A stretch of 64,000 bases of DNA, taken from an uncultured Bacteroidales bacterium (GTDB taxonomy: Bacteria > Bacteroidota > Bacteroidia > Bacteroidales > UBA4417). Of this stretch, positions 37,061-45,822 are shown in pieces (within the stretch, counting starts at the first letter, position 1; each line of letters starts with the position of its first letter). A program made the translations under genes and the position numbers. The stretch spans positions 21,376 through 85,375 of the forward strand of contig CAIRMR010000154.1 in NCBI GenBank assembly GCA_903879715.1. Direction: 5' to 3'. The notes beneath the pieces were generated by a model that was given only the letters and a program-made list of their open reading frames with translations, did not search any database and was not told where the DNA came from.

Positions 37061-37891
37061 ATGAAAAAATCAGCACTTTTATTATTTATCATGTTTGCAG
37101 TAATCAGTTGTACAAAAGATGAGATTCCTTCGGTTACACCAAAATTAAAAAACTGCAGAATTGAATACATTTTTTTTAAGGATGAAATAACAATTCTGGA
37201 CTATCAATCTATCAATTTCGCGCCCTATGATTCTACGGTTATCGCCTGTTCATATACCTATGCGGATGACAAATTGACAAAGACAAAAGGTGGATTTGTT
37301 GCAGTACCTTCGGGATCAAACTTTTCTAACTTTTTATTCTCAACAGATGCATATGATTCCATTCACTTTGAAAATAATACAATTTACACCTATGCTAAGA
37401 TTAATTTCGGGGAATTTATCCATACAGACATTTTGAGTCCGACTATATTTACCCTGGATTCTCAAAATAAACTTATAAAAATCAGCAAAAAAAATGCTTT
37501 TCATCCATACGGTCTTGAATTAAATTATACCTACTCCGAAAACCTGGTTACCGAAACATATAACAATGGCTTAACCCGCCGAAAATTCTACCTTGAAAAC
37601 AATAACCTCGTTAAAGTAGTAACTGAAGTTTATGATTTACATGGTGCACTTTATTCTAAAAAAGAAATTCTATTTGAGGGATTTGACAATAAGCCCAATC
37701 CTTTTAAAAATATGTACTATGTGAAAGGCGCTTTTTTTCGGGCTTTCTCGGAAAATAATTACCAAAAGGTTACTGTAACTGAATACTCCTATTTATTAGA
37801 CGGAACTTTCGGTATTAATTCTACATGGTGGTTTACTATGCCCTTCGATTATAATGCTGATGGGTATCCTAAATTTGGGGATTACGAATAA
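37061..37891 (+). CDS. Hypothetical lipoprotein
   Basis: 276 aa with a lipobox (FAVISCTKD). I do not recognise a family. Confidence 0.55.
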   Translation: MKKSALLLFIMFAVISCTKDEIPSVTPKLKNCRIEYIFFKDEITILDYQSINFAPYDSTVIACSYTYADDKLTKTKGGFVAVPSGSNFSNFLFSTDAYDSIHFENNTIYTYAKINFGEFIHTDILSPTIFTLDSQNKLIKISKKNAFHPYGLELNYTYSENLVTETYNNGLTRRKFYLENNNLVKVVTEVYDLHGALYSKKEILFEGFDNKPNPFKNMYYVKGAFFRAFSENNYQKVTVTEYSYLLDGTFGINSTWWFTMPFDYNADGYPKFGDYE

Positions 37892-38195
37892 GACCATTCT
37901 TTAACCTGAAACAATTTCACCCAGCCATTCTATGTGATTTCGAGAAAGACAAGTAAAAATACCTGCCTGGATCATATCAGATTTTCAACCTTTAGCTCCT
38001 GTTTTAAAGACTGGAAGCTACTATTCCTTTGGCGCTAACGCTTTGTCAACTTTTAAGATATTGTGGATTTACTTCTGTGTACAGTTACATTTTTCAAAAC
38101 CGGAAGAATTATCCTATTTTTGCAAAGCTAAATATGCTTAATTCCTAACAGGGCAAGTAAGCAAGCAAGTATCTACAATTCAAAATCAAAAAAGC

Positions 38196-38918
38196 GTGCT
38201 AAAAACAATCAGCTGGTTTACATACCTTTGGTGGAGTATGTTGATTCCACGGTTTAAACTGATAAGACTCAACAGGCAGGGCAGGATCGCCGAAAGGGAT
38301 GCCTGCGCGCATGCCATTGCACGAAAATGGGCACAATCGGGCCTCAGAATGAATGGCTCTGCCATCCGGGTAATTGGCATTGAAAATGTCCCGCAAACCG
38401 GCGGAGTTCTGTTTGTAGCCAATCATCAGAGCAATTTCGACATACCGATCTTCGTTGGGCATGTTCCCCGCGATAAAGGTTTTATCGCTAAGCTGGAATT
38501 GTTAAAAGTTCCCACTTTCAGTCGGTGGATGAAGTATATCGGCTGCATTTTTATCGACAGGAAAGATCCGCGCCAATCACTGACAGCTATCAACGAAGCT
38601 GCAGAACGACTAAAAACAGGTCATTCAATTGTTATATTTCCCGAAGGAACCCGAAGCGCGGATGGTACTGTAGCGCCGTTTAAAGCCGGCGGACTCAGGT
38701 TAGGCTTAAAGGCAGGTGTGCCCATTGTACCGGTAACTATAAGCGGATCAAAGAATATTATGCCAAAAGGCACTTCAATTATCCGGTCGGCCAAAGTAAA
38801 AGTTATTGTTTCTCCTCCGCTGTTATGGGAAGATTATAAGGGGATGGACTCAAATCAAATCTCTGAAAAAGTCAGGAATATCATTATTTCGAATCTTGTA
38901 ACCAATCATGTCATTTAA
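38196..38918 (+). CDS. plsC: 1-acyl-sn-glycerol-3-phosphate acyltransferase
   Basis: HX4D motif (NHQSNFD) and FPEGTRS motif. The start is GTG. A TAnnTTTG box (tatttttg) lies at 38115-38122. Confidence 0.85.
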   Translation: MLKTISWFTYLWWSMLIPRFKLIRLNRQGRIAERDACAHAIARKWAQSGLRMNGSAIRVIGIENVPQTGGVLFVANHQSNFDIPIFVGHVPRDKGFIAKLELLKVPTFSRWMKYIGCIFIDRKDPRQSLTAINEAAERLKTGHSIVIFPEGTRSADGTVAPFKAGGLRLGLKAGVPIVPVTISGSKNIMPKGTSIIRSAKVKVIVSPPLLWEDYKGMDSNQISEKVRNIIISNLVTNHVI

Positions 38919-38939
38919 GGCATTAACAAACAGATATAT

Positions 38940-39037
38940 GCCACAGATTTCGCCGATTTCGCAGACAAATATTCAATGATTATGATCCCATTTTATAAAA
39001 AACCTCAAAAGCAGTCTAAATTTGCAAAATTTGTGGC
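38940..39037. repeat. Inverted pair of 9-nt-period arrays (CACAGATTT-type)
   Basis: The left arm is gccacagatttcgccgatttcgcagacaaat (38940-38970). The right arm is gtctaaatttgcaaaatttgtggc (39014-39037). The termini gccacagattt/aaatttgtggc are complementary with 1 mismatch. The element ends in tgtggcaaaat, as does the element at 1336-1444. Confidence 0.7.
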
Positions 39038-39102
39038 AAAATTGCCTTTAAATTGGGCTGATTAGTTACCGAATCTTTCGTAGTGGTAAGATGGTAGTTC
39101 TC

Positions 39103-40317
39103 TCAGTCTTTTAACTTTTGACGCTGAAAATTCTCATAATAGGTTAACACAAAAACACGGAAGAACAGTAAGCCCGCCATACAAACCAGTGCGCTAATCC
39201 AGAATATTGCCGAGAGTGAAATATACTGCGCAATTAAGCCGGCCATAATCATTCCGAATCCCATTCCCATATCAACCGCAGTGTAGAGGGTTGAATTCGC
39301 AGCTCCGCGATGTTTTACATCTGCCAGGTTATTCACCATCGACGAAAAGGTCGGAAATACAACACCGTTTCCAAATCCTATAATTATGGCAGACAGATAG
39401 AAAAGTGCCGCGCTTTTTGCCATAGCCAGCAATGGGAAACCTATTATCAGCAAAATCAGGCATAAGGTGATAATCTTTCGCGGGCCGTTCCTGTCGAACG
39501 CTTTTCCGGAAGTTAGCCGTGCAGCCGCAATGCCAAATGATAATATCAGGAAGTAAAGTGAAGAGTTCTGAATTCCTATCTCGCGACCGTAAAGCGCGAT
39601 AAACGAAAGTAGCGCGCCATAAGCCATCATGGTTATCAGCACATTTAGTGAAGGGCGTATGGAATTTTTATCGAACATGCTGTCCCATTTCAGCTGAATC
39701 CTTTTCCCGACCACAAAACGTTTACGCAGGTGCACCGCGTATGCGCATGCCAGGCTGGCAATGCTGATAAAACATCCCGATACAAACATGGGCATATACC
39801 CCCAGTTGTGAGAGATATACAACCCGATTACCGGTCCGACTGACATTCCAAGGGTAGTTGATAAAGCGAAATACCCGATTCCCTGTCCACGCTTCGGTAC
39901 AGGAATTATATCTACGGCAATGGTTGATCCTGAAACCGTAGTAAACCCCCATGTAAGACCCTGGGCAAACCGAAGAAGTATGATCGACATGATGGTTCCC
40001 GCAACCAGGTACCCTGAAAACAGGAACGAATAAATCAACAAAGCAGATAAAAATATAGTGCGGCGGCCAAACCTGTCGAGCGCAAAACCTGAAAACGGGC
40101 GTACCAGTACCGAAGCAATGGTATAGGTCCCAACTACAATTCCTACCTGGACTTTGGAAGCGTGCAGATCAGATACCAGGTAAATTGGTAATGCCGAAAG
40201 TATTGCGTAATAAGTGATATACATCAAAAAATTCGATAGTATGAGCAAAATAAAATTTCTGTTCCATATCATCTCATTCTCATTCATAAAACCGGACATT
40301 AGCAAACCAGGCGGCAA
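39103..40317 (-). CDS. MFS transporter
   Basis: About 12 TM segments and a GFALDRFGRR loop motif. The start is ambiguous: Met codons occur at 40317, 40299, 40287 and 40272. Confidence 0.85.
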   Translation of the reverse strand: MPPGLLMSGFMNENEMIWNRNFILLILSNFLMYITYYAILSALPIYLVSDLHASKVQVGIVVGTYTIASVLVRPFSGFALDRFGRRTIFLSALLIYSFLFSGYLVAGTIMSIILLRFAQGLTWGFTTVSGSTIAVDIIPVPKRGQGIGYFALSTTLGMSVGPVIGLYISHNWGYMPMFVSGCFISIASLACAYAVHLRKRFVVGKRIQLKWDSMFDKNSIRPSLNVLITMMAYGALLSFIALYGREIGIQNSSLYFLILSFGIAAARLTSGKAFDRNGPRKIITLCLILLIIGFPLLAMAKSAALFYLSAIIIGFGNGVVFPTFSSMVNNLADVKHRGAANSTLYTAVDMGMGFGMIMAGLIAQYISLSAIFWISALVCMAGLLFFRVFVLTYYENFQRQKLKD

Positions 40318-40842
40318 AGGTATTGATAATAAAACGGGAGAAAGATTTTACCGGGTAAAATTTAGTGTTTCAGTTCTCACCCTGAAGCTTTTCAGTGTTT
40401 ATTTCTTCGAAAGCAACTCAGCAATCACAAGTATCTATCAGGCTCAGGCAAGCGGATTTTACAATTTATTTGGTCTGGCGGAATCAAATAATTCTGAGGT
40501 ATATAACCAGAATACCGGTTGAAATCGGTACCTGTAAATAAAAAAGAGAACAGATGATTTGTAAAGCAAATAATTATATATTTGATAAAATATTACACAA
40601 TAAAACGCCACACAATATTTTCAATAATCTGATCCATAATATATCATGCCAATATATGGATAAGAGGCCAGTTTGCAAACGATAAAGCGACTAAACATTT
40701 AATCCACTGTAAAACACCAATGATAATCTTTGAAAGTTTTTTGGAAAAATAGTACATAAAAAGTGGAGACAGTTACCACACTAAAAAACAGGGAGTACCC
40801 GAAAAGCCATAAGAGTAGGACAACCTAATTAATTGAAAAAGA

Positions 40843-41181
40843 ATGGACGCACAAAAAGTAGACATGTTTATCATGACAAATGGAAAGTTCTTTGAGAGCC
40901 ATCAAATTAATGTAATCAGAGAAAGACTTATCGCACTTGATGATTCAAAATGGGCAATGCTTTCGACAGTACAATTTAAAGACCCCACAACAAGTTTGAT
41001 TGTTTCGTTATTAGGCGGTAGTTTGGGAATTGACAGATTTATAATCGGGGACACTGGACTTGGAGTTGGGAAACTGTTAACCTGCGGAGGATTAGGCATT
41101 TGGGCCATAATCGATTGGTTTATGATAATGGGTGCAACCAGAGAAAAGAATATGGCAAAAATTCAACAATTTTTGTATTAA
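40843..41181 (+). CDS. TM2 domain-containing membrane protein
   Basis: 112 aa. The C-terminal two-TM unit contains GSLGIDRFIIGD and GIWAIIDWFMI, typical of TM2. Confidence 0.75.
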   Translation: MDAQKVDMFIMTNGKFFESHQINVIRERLIALDDSKWAMLSTVQFKDPTTSLIVSLLGGSLGIDRFIIGDTGLGVGKLLTCGGLGIWAIIDWFMIMGATREKNMAKIQQFLY

Positions 41182-41600
41182 TGCATTTAAGCAGGAACAG
41201 ATTATATGGCATTTTAACTATAGCCTGTTTGGCAGGGTATGTTTGGATTTATCTTAATTTTTCAAGCTATTCCATTGGAAATTACGATAACATCAATGTT
41301 TGTCTGATAAAACATTTTACAAACGTGCCCTGCCCATCCTGCGGCTCTACTCGTTCAGTGTTGTCAATATTGAAAGGCGATTTTTTGCAGGGATTTTATT
41401 TAAATCCGTTTGGCTATCTGCTCCTCTTAATCCTGACAATAGTTCCTCTTTGGATAAGTTACGATTACATCAAACAAAAAAATACATTCTTTCAGTTTTA
41501 CACCAGGGCGGAGACATTTCTCCAACAGAAAAAAACAGCAATACCCGCAATACTTCTGGTTTTGGTGAATTGGTTTTGGAATATTTATAAAGGATTATGA
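41181..41600 (+). CDS. DUF2752 domain-containing membrane protein
   Basis: 139 aa from the ATG at 41181, which overlaps the TM2 gene stop (TAATG). It has the CPSCGSTRS motif characteristic of DUF2752. Confidence 0.7.
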   Translation: MHLSRNRLYGILTIACLAGYVWIYLNFSSYSIGNYDNINVCLIKHFTNVPCPSCGSTRSVLSILKGDFLQGFYLNPFGYLLLLILTIVPLWISYDYIKQKNTFFQFYTRAETFLQQKKTAIPAILLVLVNWFWNIYKGL

Positions 41601-42028
41601 TTTCATCCGAACAATTTATTTACCAGCCAGGTGAACATGAAGCAGAAAAGGCTTCAAACAGTTACCTGATGTCGTTAATCGCGTTAATTGCTGGTTTGCC
41701 TTTTCCCATTGTAAATCTCTTCGCAACACTCATATTTTATTTTGGTAATCGTAAAGGAACTTATTTTGTACGCTGGCATTGTACCCAGGCCTTATTATCC
41801 CAGCTTTCGGTATTGCCTTTTAACAGTTTCGGATTCTGGTGGACTATATCAATTATATTCAGCTCTGAGACCATTACCAATAATTATATAGCTTATATCT
41901 TTACGCTCATTATTTTTAATGTCGCGGAATTTATCGCCACTATTTATACCGCGATCAGCACAAGAAAAGGAACTCATGTGGCATGGTGGTTTTATAGCGA
42001 CTTAACAAACTTATTCTGTAGACCCTAA
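41597..42028 (+). CDS. Small polytopic membrane protein (DUF4870-like)
   Basis: 143 aa. It overlaps the previous stop (ATGA). The pattern of helices and the motif FVRWHCTQALLSQL resemble DUF4870, but this assignment is tentative. Confidence 0.5.
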   Translation: MISSEQFIYQPGEHEAEKASNSYLMSLIALIAGLPFPIVNLFATLIFYFGNRKGTYFVRWHCTQALLSQLSVLPFNSFGFWWTISIIFSSETITNNYIAYIFTLIIFNVAEFIATIYTAISTRKGTHVAWWFYSDLTNLFCRP

Positions 42029-42029
42029 T

Positions 42030-42854
42030 ATGAAGAAAATACTATTTCAGGCTGTTATAATCATTTCGCTGATCTTTACTGTGTGGTTTGCGCTTAGTAG
42101 GATTGATTGGATGAAAATTTTTAAAGTCGAACAAATTACCAATAAAACGGAAAAGAAATTAGGCGATTTGTTCTGGGAATTATACAATAACTCAGGGAAA
42201 GAAATTAAAAACGAAGAAGCGGTCAGGCCGTTGGACAGCATTCTGACTAAAATCTGCGTTTCAAATACTATTGATAAAAGCCAGGTAAAACTGCACCTGG
42301 TGCAAAGCGACGAAATAAATGCCTTTGCTTTACCTAACAGGCACCTTGTTATTAATACCGGTCTGATTTTAGCGGCTGAGGATGAAGCGGAGCTGGCAGG
42401 AGTGATAAGCCATGAAATTGCCCACATGGAACTAAATCATGTAATGAAAAAACTGGTAAAAGAAGTCGGGCTATCGGTATTAATATCAATGACTACAGGT
42501 AGCAGCAGCTCGGAGCAGGTTAAAGAAGCTGTAAAGTTACTTTCATCGTCGGCTTACGATAGAAACCTGGAAAAGGAGGCTGATATCAAAGCAGTTGACT
42601 ATCTGAAAAAATCAAATATAAATCCGGTACATTTCGCTAATTTCTTATCCAGGCTGAGCGATAAAGAACCAGCGGGCATAAAATATTTCTCCTGGATAAG
42701 CACCCATCCCGACTCAAAAGAACGGGCAGAATATATTACTGCTCTATGCAATAAAAACACTGAATATCCGCAGCCGGTTATAAGCAGGCAAACATGGGAT
42801 ACGCTCAGGCAATACTTGACGGAGAAGAAAGATAAAATAAAATTTGACGAATAA
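42030..42854 (+). CDS. M48-family zinc metalloprotease, membrane-anchored
   Basis: 274 aa with an N-terminal TM segment and an HEIAHMELNH (HExxH) motif. Its start is 1 nt after the previous stop. Confidence 0.8.
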   Translation: MKKILFQAVIIISLIFTVWFALSRIDWMKIFKVEQITNKTEKKLGDLFWELYNNSGKEIKNEEAVRPLDSILTKICVSNTIDKSQVKLHLVQSDEINAFALPNRHLVINTGLILAAEDEAELAGVISHEIAHMELNHVMKKLVKEVGLSVLISMTTGSSSSEQVKEAVKLLSSSAYDRNLEKEADIKAVDYLKKSNINPVHFANFLSRLSDKEPAGIKYFSWISTHPDSKERAEYITALCNKNTEYPQPVISRQTWDTLRQYLTEKKDKIKFDE

Positions 42855-42914
42855 CAAATGTAAGTCAAAAAAATATTTTGGAACCAGATAGAATTGAATT
42901 ATTTGTTAGTAACT

Positions 42915-42932
42915 ATCCCGCGAAAGCGGGAT
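42915..42932 (+). terminator. GNRA-tetraloop hairpin after the M48 gene
   Basis: atcccgc gaaa gcgggat forms a 7-bp stem. The following T-tract is weak. Confidence 0.4.
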
Positions 42933-42954
42933 TTAGTTCAACAAAGATTCCATG

Positions 42955-42962
42955 TACCTTTG
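42955..42962 (+). promoter_or_regulatory. Candidate -7 box (TAnnTTTG) for the Lgt-like gene
   Basis: tacctttg lies 59 nt upstream of the ATG at 43021. Confidence 0.4.
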
Positions 42963-43020
42963 TAAGCTCATAATTTTCTATCTGAAAATAAATTGATTAT
43001 CTGTTTTAAAATCATCAGAC

Positions 43021-44763
43021 ATGACAATTATAGCTTCTCCCCAGTTCGACCTGATCTATATTCCTGTGCTGATACTTTGCGCGGGGCTGTTTGTATTCTC
43101 GGGTTTGCGGCAAAAGTACCCGGTTTCAACGGTAGCCGCTTTAACCGTTTTCCTGATGGTTTTATTTGTTGTTGGCCTTAAAATCATAAGCTATCCGATA
43201 AATGAATGGCAGAATATTTTTTCACATAAGCCGGTTGAAATACTACATTCAAAATACCTGCCGGGAGGTGTGATTTTTGTTGGCTTTGGATTGCTTCTTT
43301 TAAAATTTGTACTGAAAATCCGTTTATCCATACTCGATTCATTAATTCTTGGTTTACCCTTAATTGGCATAGTACAACGGCTGGATTGCCTGCTGAGCGG
43401 GTGTTGTTACGGCACAACTACACATCTTCCCTGGGCCATTCATTATTCAAATATTTCACCGGCTTTTAACCAGCATGTTTCGGAAGGATTGATACAGGAA
43501 ACAGCATCATCTTCGCTTGGAATTCACCCTACGCAACTTTATTATATCATTGGATTTCTGTTGGTTTTTGTTTTTCTGATTGTTTATCGTAAAAAGCTAA
43601 AGATACCTGGGAGCTTAGCTTTATCAGGTTTTATACTGATGGCGGTTTCCCGTTTTAGTATCGAATTTTTCCGCGAACCGGTGGGAAACAAATTAAGTTC
43701 AATACAATGGGCTGGCGTTAATCTGTTGCAGTGGATAATTTTAGCTTTGGTACTTCTTTTCACCTTTGTGCTGTATCGGCGGGAAAAGCGCCACATGGCC
43801 CCGATGTTAGTACCGGTAAAGGAATATCTTTGGCGGAGCAGCCTTCTGCTGTTCGTGGCTGCAGTATTGGTTTGGAATTTTTCGCGGATACTGGCTTATT
43901 CCGAATTCTTTTTTCTCCAGGTTCTTTTAGCACTCTCAGTTTCAGTTGTAATCTTCCGTCTTTTTCAAGAAAGAACTATACCGGCTCTAAGATACTCTAC
44001 AGTCGCAACTTTATTTCTGACAATTGTTCTTATGAGCCAGAAAAGCACGGATACAATCATAACCAACGACAGCATATTTATGCCTCAGAAATGGTGGGAT
44101 GTTAAGGCTTCAGCAGGCGGAGGAAATTACGATAAGATAAATTATGATTGCGGCGGAAATGAAACCGGCAGAACTCCTGAACATTATAGTGTAGTTAGCG
44201 GCGGGTTTACCTATAATTACTTAAGAAGCCGCAAACAGCATTTGCAGGCCGGGTTGAACCTGGGCAAAATGTACGACAGCGGTGAATTGTTATATGGAAT
44301 GAATAGCACAGGTACTTCATCCAACATGAATTCCTTGTCTGTCAATTTCATAAATCCTTACTTTAAATACGATTTTCCTAAATTTGGATTCGGTGTCGGA
44401 TACAATTTCTTATTGTCTAATGAGACTAACGCTTTGCCGGACCTTTACTTTCGGGCCGGACGTCGTGAAAAATATTTTTTCGATGTAAACCTTGCGGATA
44501 ATTTATACTCATCGGGATTAGCCGGAGTATGGCAGATGGGAATGGGGAGCGGATTTGGCAATCCCGACAAGCATATGTTTCGTGCCGGAATCTCCACGGT
44601 TGAAAGCAAACTTATCGCTTACGCGGATGCTGAATTCCTGCTGTACAATCATTTATTTATGCACACAACTCTGGATGTCGGGAATAAAATACATGGAATG
44701 CTTGGTTTGAAATACCAGATCGGAAAAAACAGGCCGCTCACCTCTACTAACAAGTCGAAGTAG
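43021..44763 (+). CDS. Lgt-family (prolipoprotein diacylglyceryl transferase-like) membrane domain fused to extra TM segments and a ~240-aa beta-rich C-terminal domain
   Basis: 580 aa with Lgt-like motifs QRLDCLLSGCCYG..LPWAI, HPTQLYY and SRFSIEFFRE. The C-terminal half is Gly/Tyr/Asn-rich and non-hydrophobic. Confidence 0.65.
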   Translation: MTIIASPQFDLIYIPVLILCAGLFVFSGLRQKYPVSTVAALTVFLMVLFVVGLKIISYPINEWQNIFSHKPVEILHSKYLPGGVIFVGFGLLLLKFVLKIRLSILDSLILGLPLIGIVQRLDCLLSGCCYGTTTHLPWAIHYSNISPAFNQHVSEGLIQETASSSLGIHPTQLYYIIGFLLVFVFLIVYRKKLKIPGSLALSGFILMAVSRFSIEFFREPVGNKLSSIQWAGVNLLQWIILALVLLFTFVLYRREKRHMAPMLVPVKEYLWRSSLLLFVAAVLVWNFSRILAYSEFFFLQVLLALSVSVVIFRLFQERTIPALRYSTVATLFLTIVLMSQKSTDTIITNDSIFMPQKWWDVKASAGGGNYDKINYDCGGNETGRTPEHYSVVSGGFTYNYLRSRKQHLQAGLNLGKMYDSGELLYGMNSTGTSSNMNSLSVNFINPYFKYDFPKFGFGVGYNFLLSNETNALPDLYFRAGRREKYFFDVNLADNLYSSGLAGVWQMGMGSGFGNPDKHMFRAGISTVESKLIAYADAEFLLYNHLFMHTTLDVGNKIHGMLGLKYQIGKNRPLTSTNKSK

Positions 44764-44821
44764 CAACTCGTTTTTTATCATAAAAATAATTTGCCCCAGT
44801 TATAAACCTAATGCCAAGGTA

Positions 44822-45016
44822 TCATTTGGTATAAGGCTGCTGTTCACGCATCATATATCTTAACCTGGTTTCGTTTTCTTTGCTTTTGTCAGAAATGAAA
44901 ATGATTGTTTTCCGGTCGTCCATCATAACGGGGTACTTGTCTTCCGTTGATCCTGTTAATAGGATGTGTGGCTGTTTTGTAATACGGGGCTTTTGCCCGA
45001 CTTGTTCATTTCTCAT
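44822..45016 (-). CDS. Small hypothetical protein
   Basis: 64-aa ORF in an otherwise empty gap. It has no recognisable features. Confidence 0.3.
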   Translation of the reverse strand: MRNEQVGQKPRITKQPHILLTGSTEDKYPVMMDDRKTIIFISDKSKENETRLRYMMREQQPYTK

Positions 45017-45343
45017 TTCTAAAATTTTAAAACCGTTTGTAAATTGATTTTGTTTGCCTGAAATTAAAGCTCAGTCAGCAGTTTTTTTTAAACCATAAAT
45101 GTAAGCTCTTCAATTCCACAAGACTTTACATGATTTTAGGTTTAATTTACATAATTCACACATATTGTATTTTTTAACGGAAGATATTCCATTGATTTAA
45201 AAAGCTGATGCTAATTTTTGATCGTATCTTTGATAAACTTTAAAGCAATATATTTTCCCCGGAATTTCAATTTTAGAATCCTTGTATTTTCATGAATTTC
45301 AGATATTTGAGTAGCTTAATATACAAATAATCAAACTAAAAAT

Positions 45344-45820
45344 ATGGAAAAGACTGTAAGTTTTCATTTAAACGGGAAATTGACGGAAATCCTGATCGAT
45401 CCCAACCTGACTCTGTTATGGGTATTGCGAAACCACTTCGGATTAACCGGGACCAAATACGGATGCGGGATTGGCTTCTGTGGTTCATGCACGGTTCTGA
45501 TCGACGAGGAACCAGTACGATCGTGTACCCTTGCCCTGAGTGAAATTGAAGGCAAAAGTGTTGTTACTATCGAAGGACTTGCAAAAGATGGTAAGTTGCA
45601 CCCTGTTCAGAAAGCATTTGTGGATCACGATGCCTTGCAATGTGGTTTCTGCACACCTGGCATGATTATGAATGCGACAGGACTTTTGCTCAAAAACCCA
45701 TCGCCAACCACACAGGAAATTAAGGCTGGAATGGAAGACAACCTGTGCCGCTGCGGAGCACATATGCGTATTATTGATGCCGTTCATACTGCTGCAAAAG
45801 AAATGAAAGGAGGAAAATAA
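45344..45820 (+). CDS. (2Fe-2S)-binding small subunit of an IorA/aldehyde oxidoreductase-type molybdoenzyme
   Basis: 158 aa with two [2Fe-2S] Cys clusters (GCGIGFCGSCTV and CGFCTPG...CRCG). Confidence 0.9.
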   Translation: MEKTVSFHLNGKLTEILIDPNLTLLWVLRNHFGLTGTKYGCGIGFCGSCTVLIDEEPVRSCTLALSEIEGKSVVTIEGLAKDGKLHPVQKAFVDHDALQCGFCTPGMIMNATGLLLKNPSPTTQEIKAGMEDNLCRCGAHMRIIDAVHTAAKEMKGGK

Positions 45821-45822
45821 GT

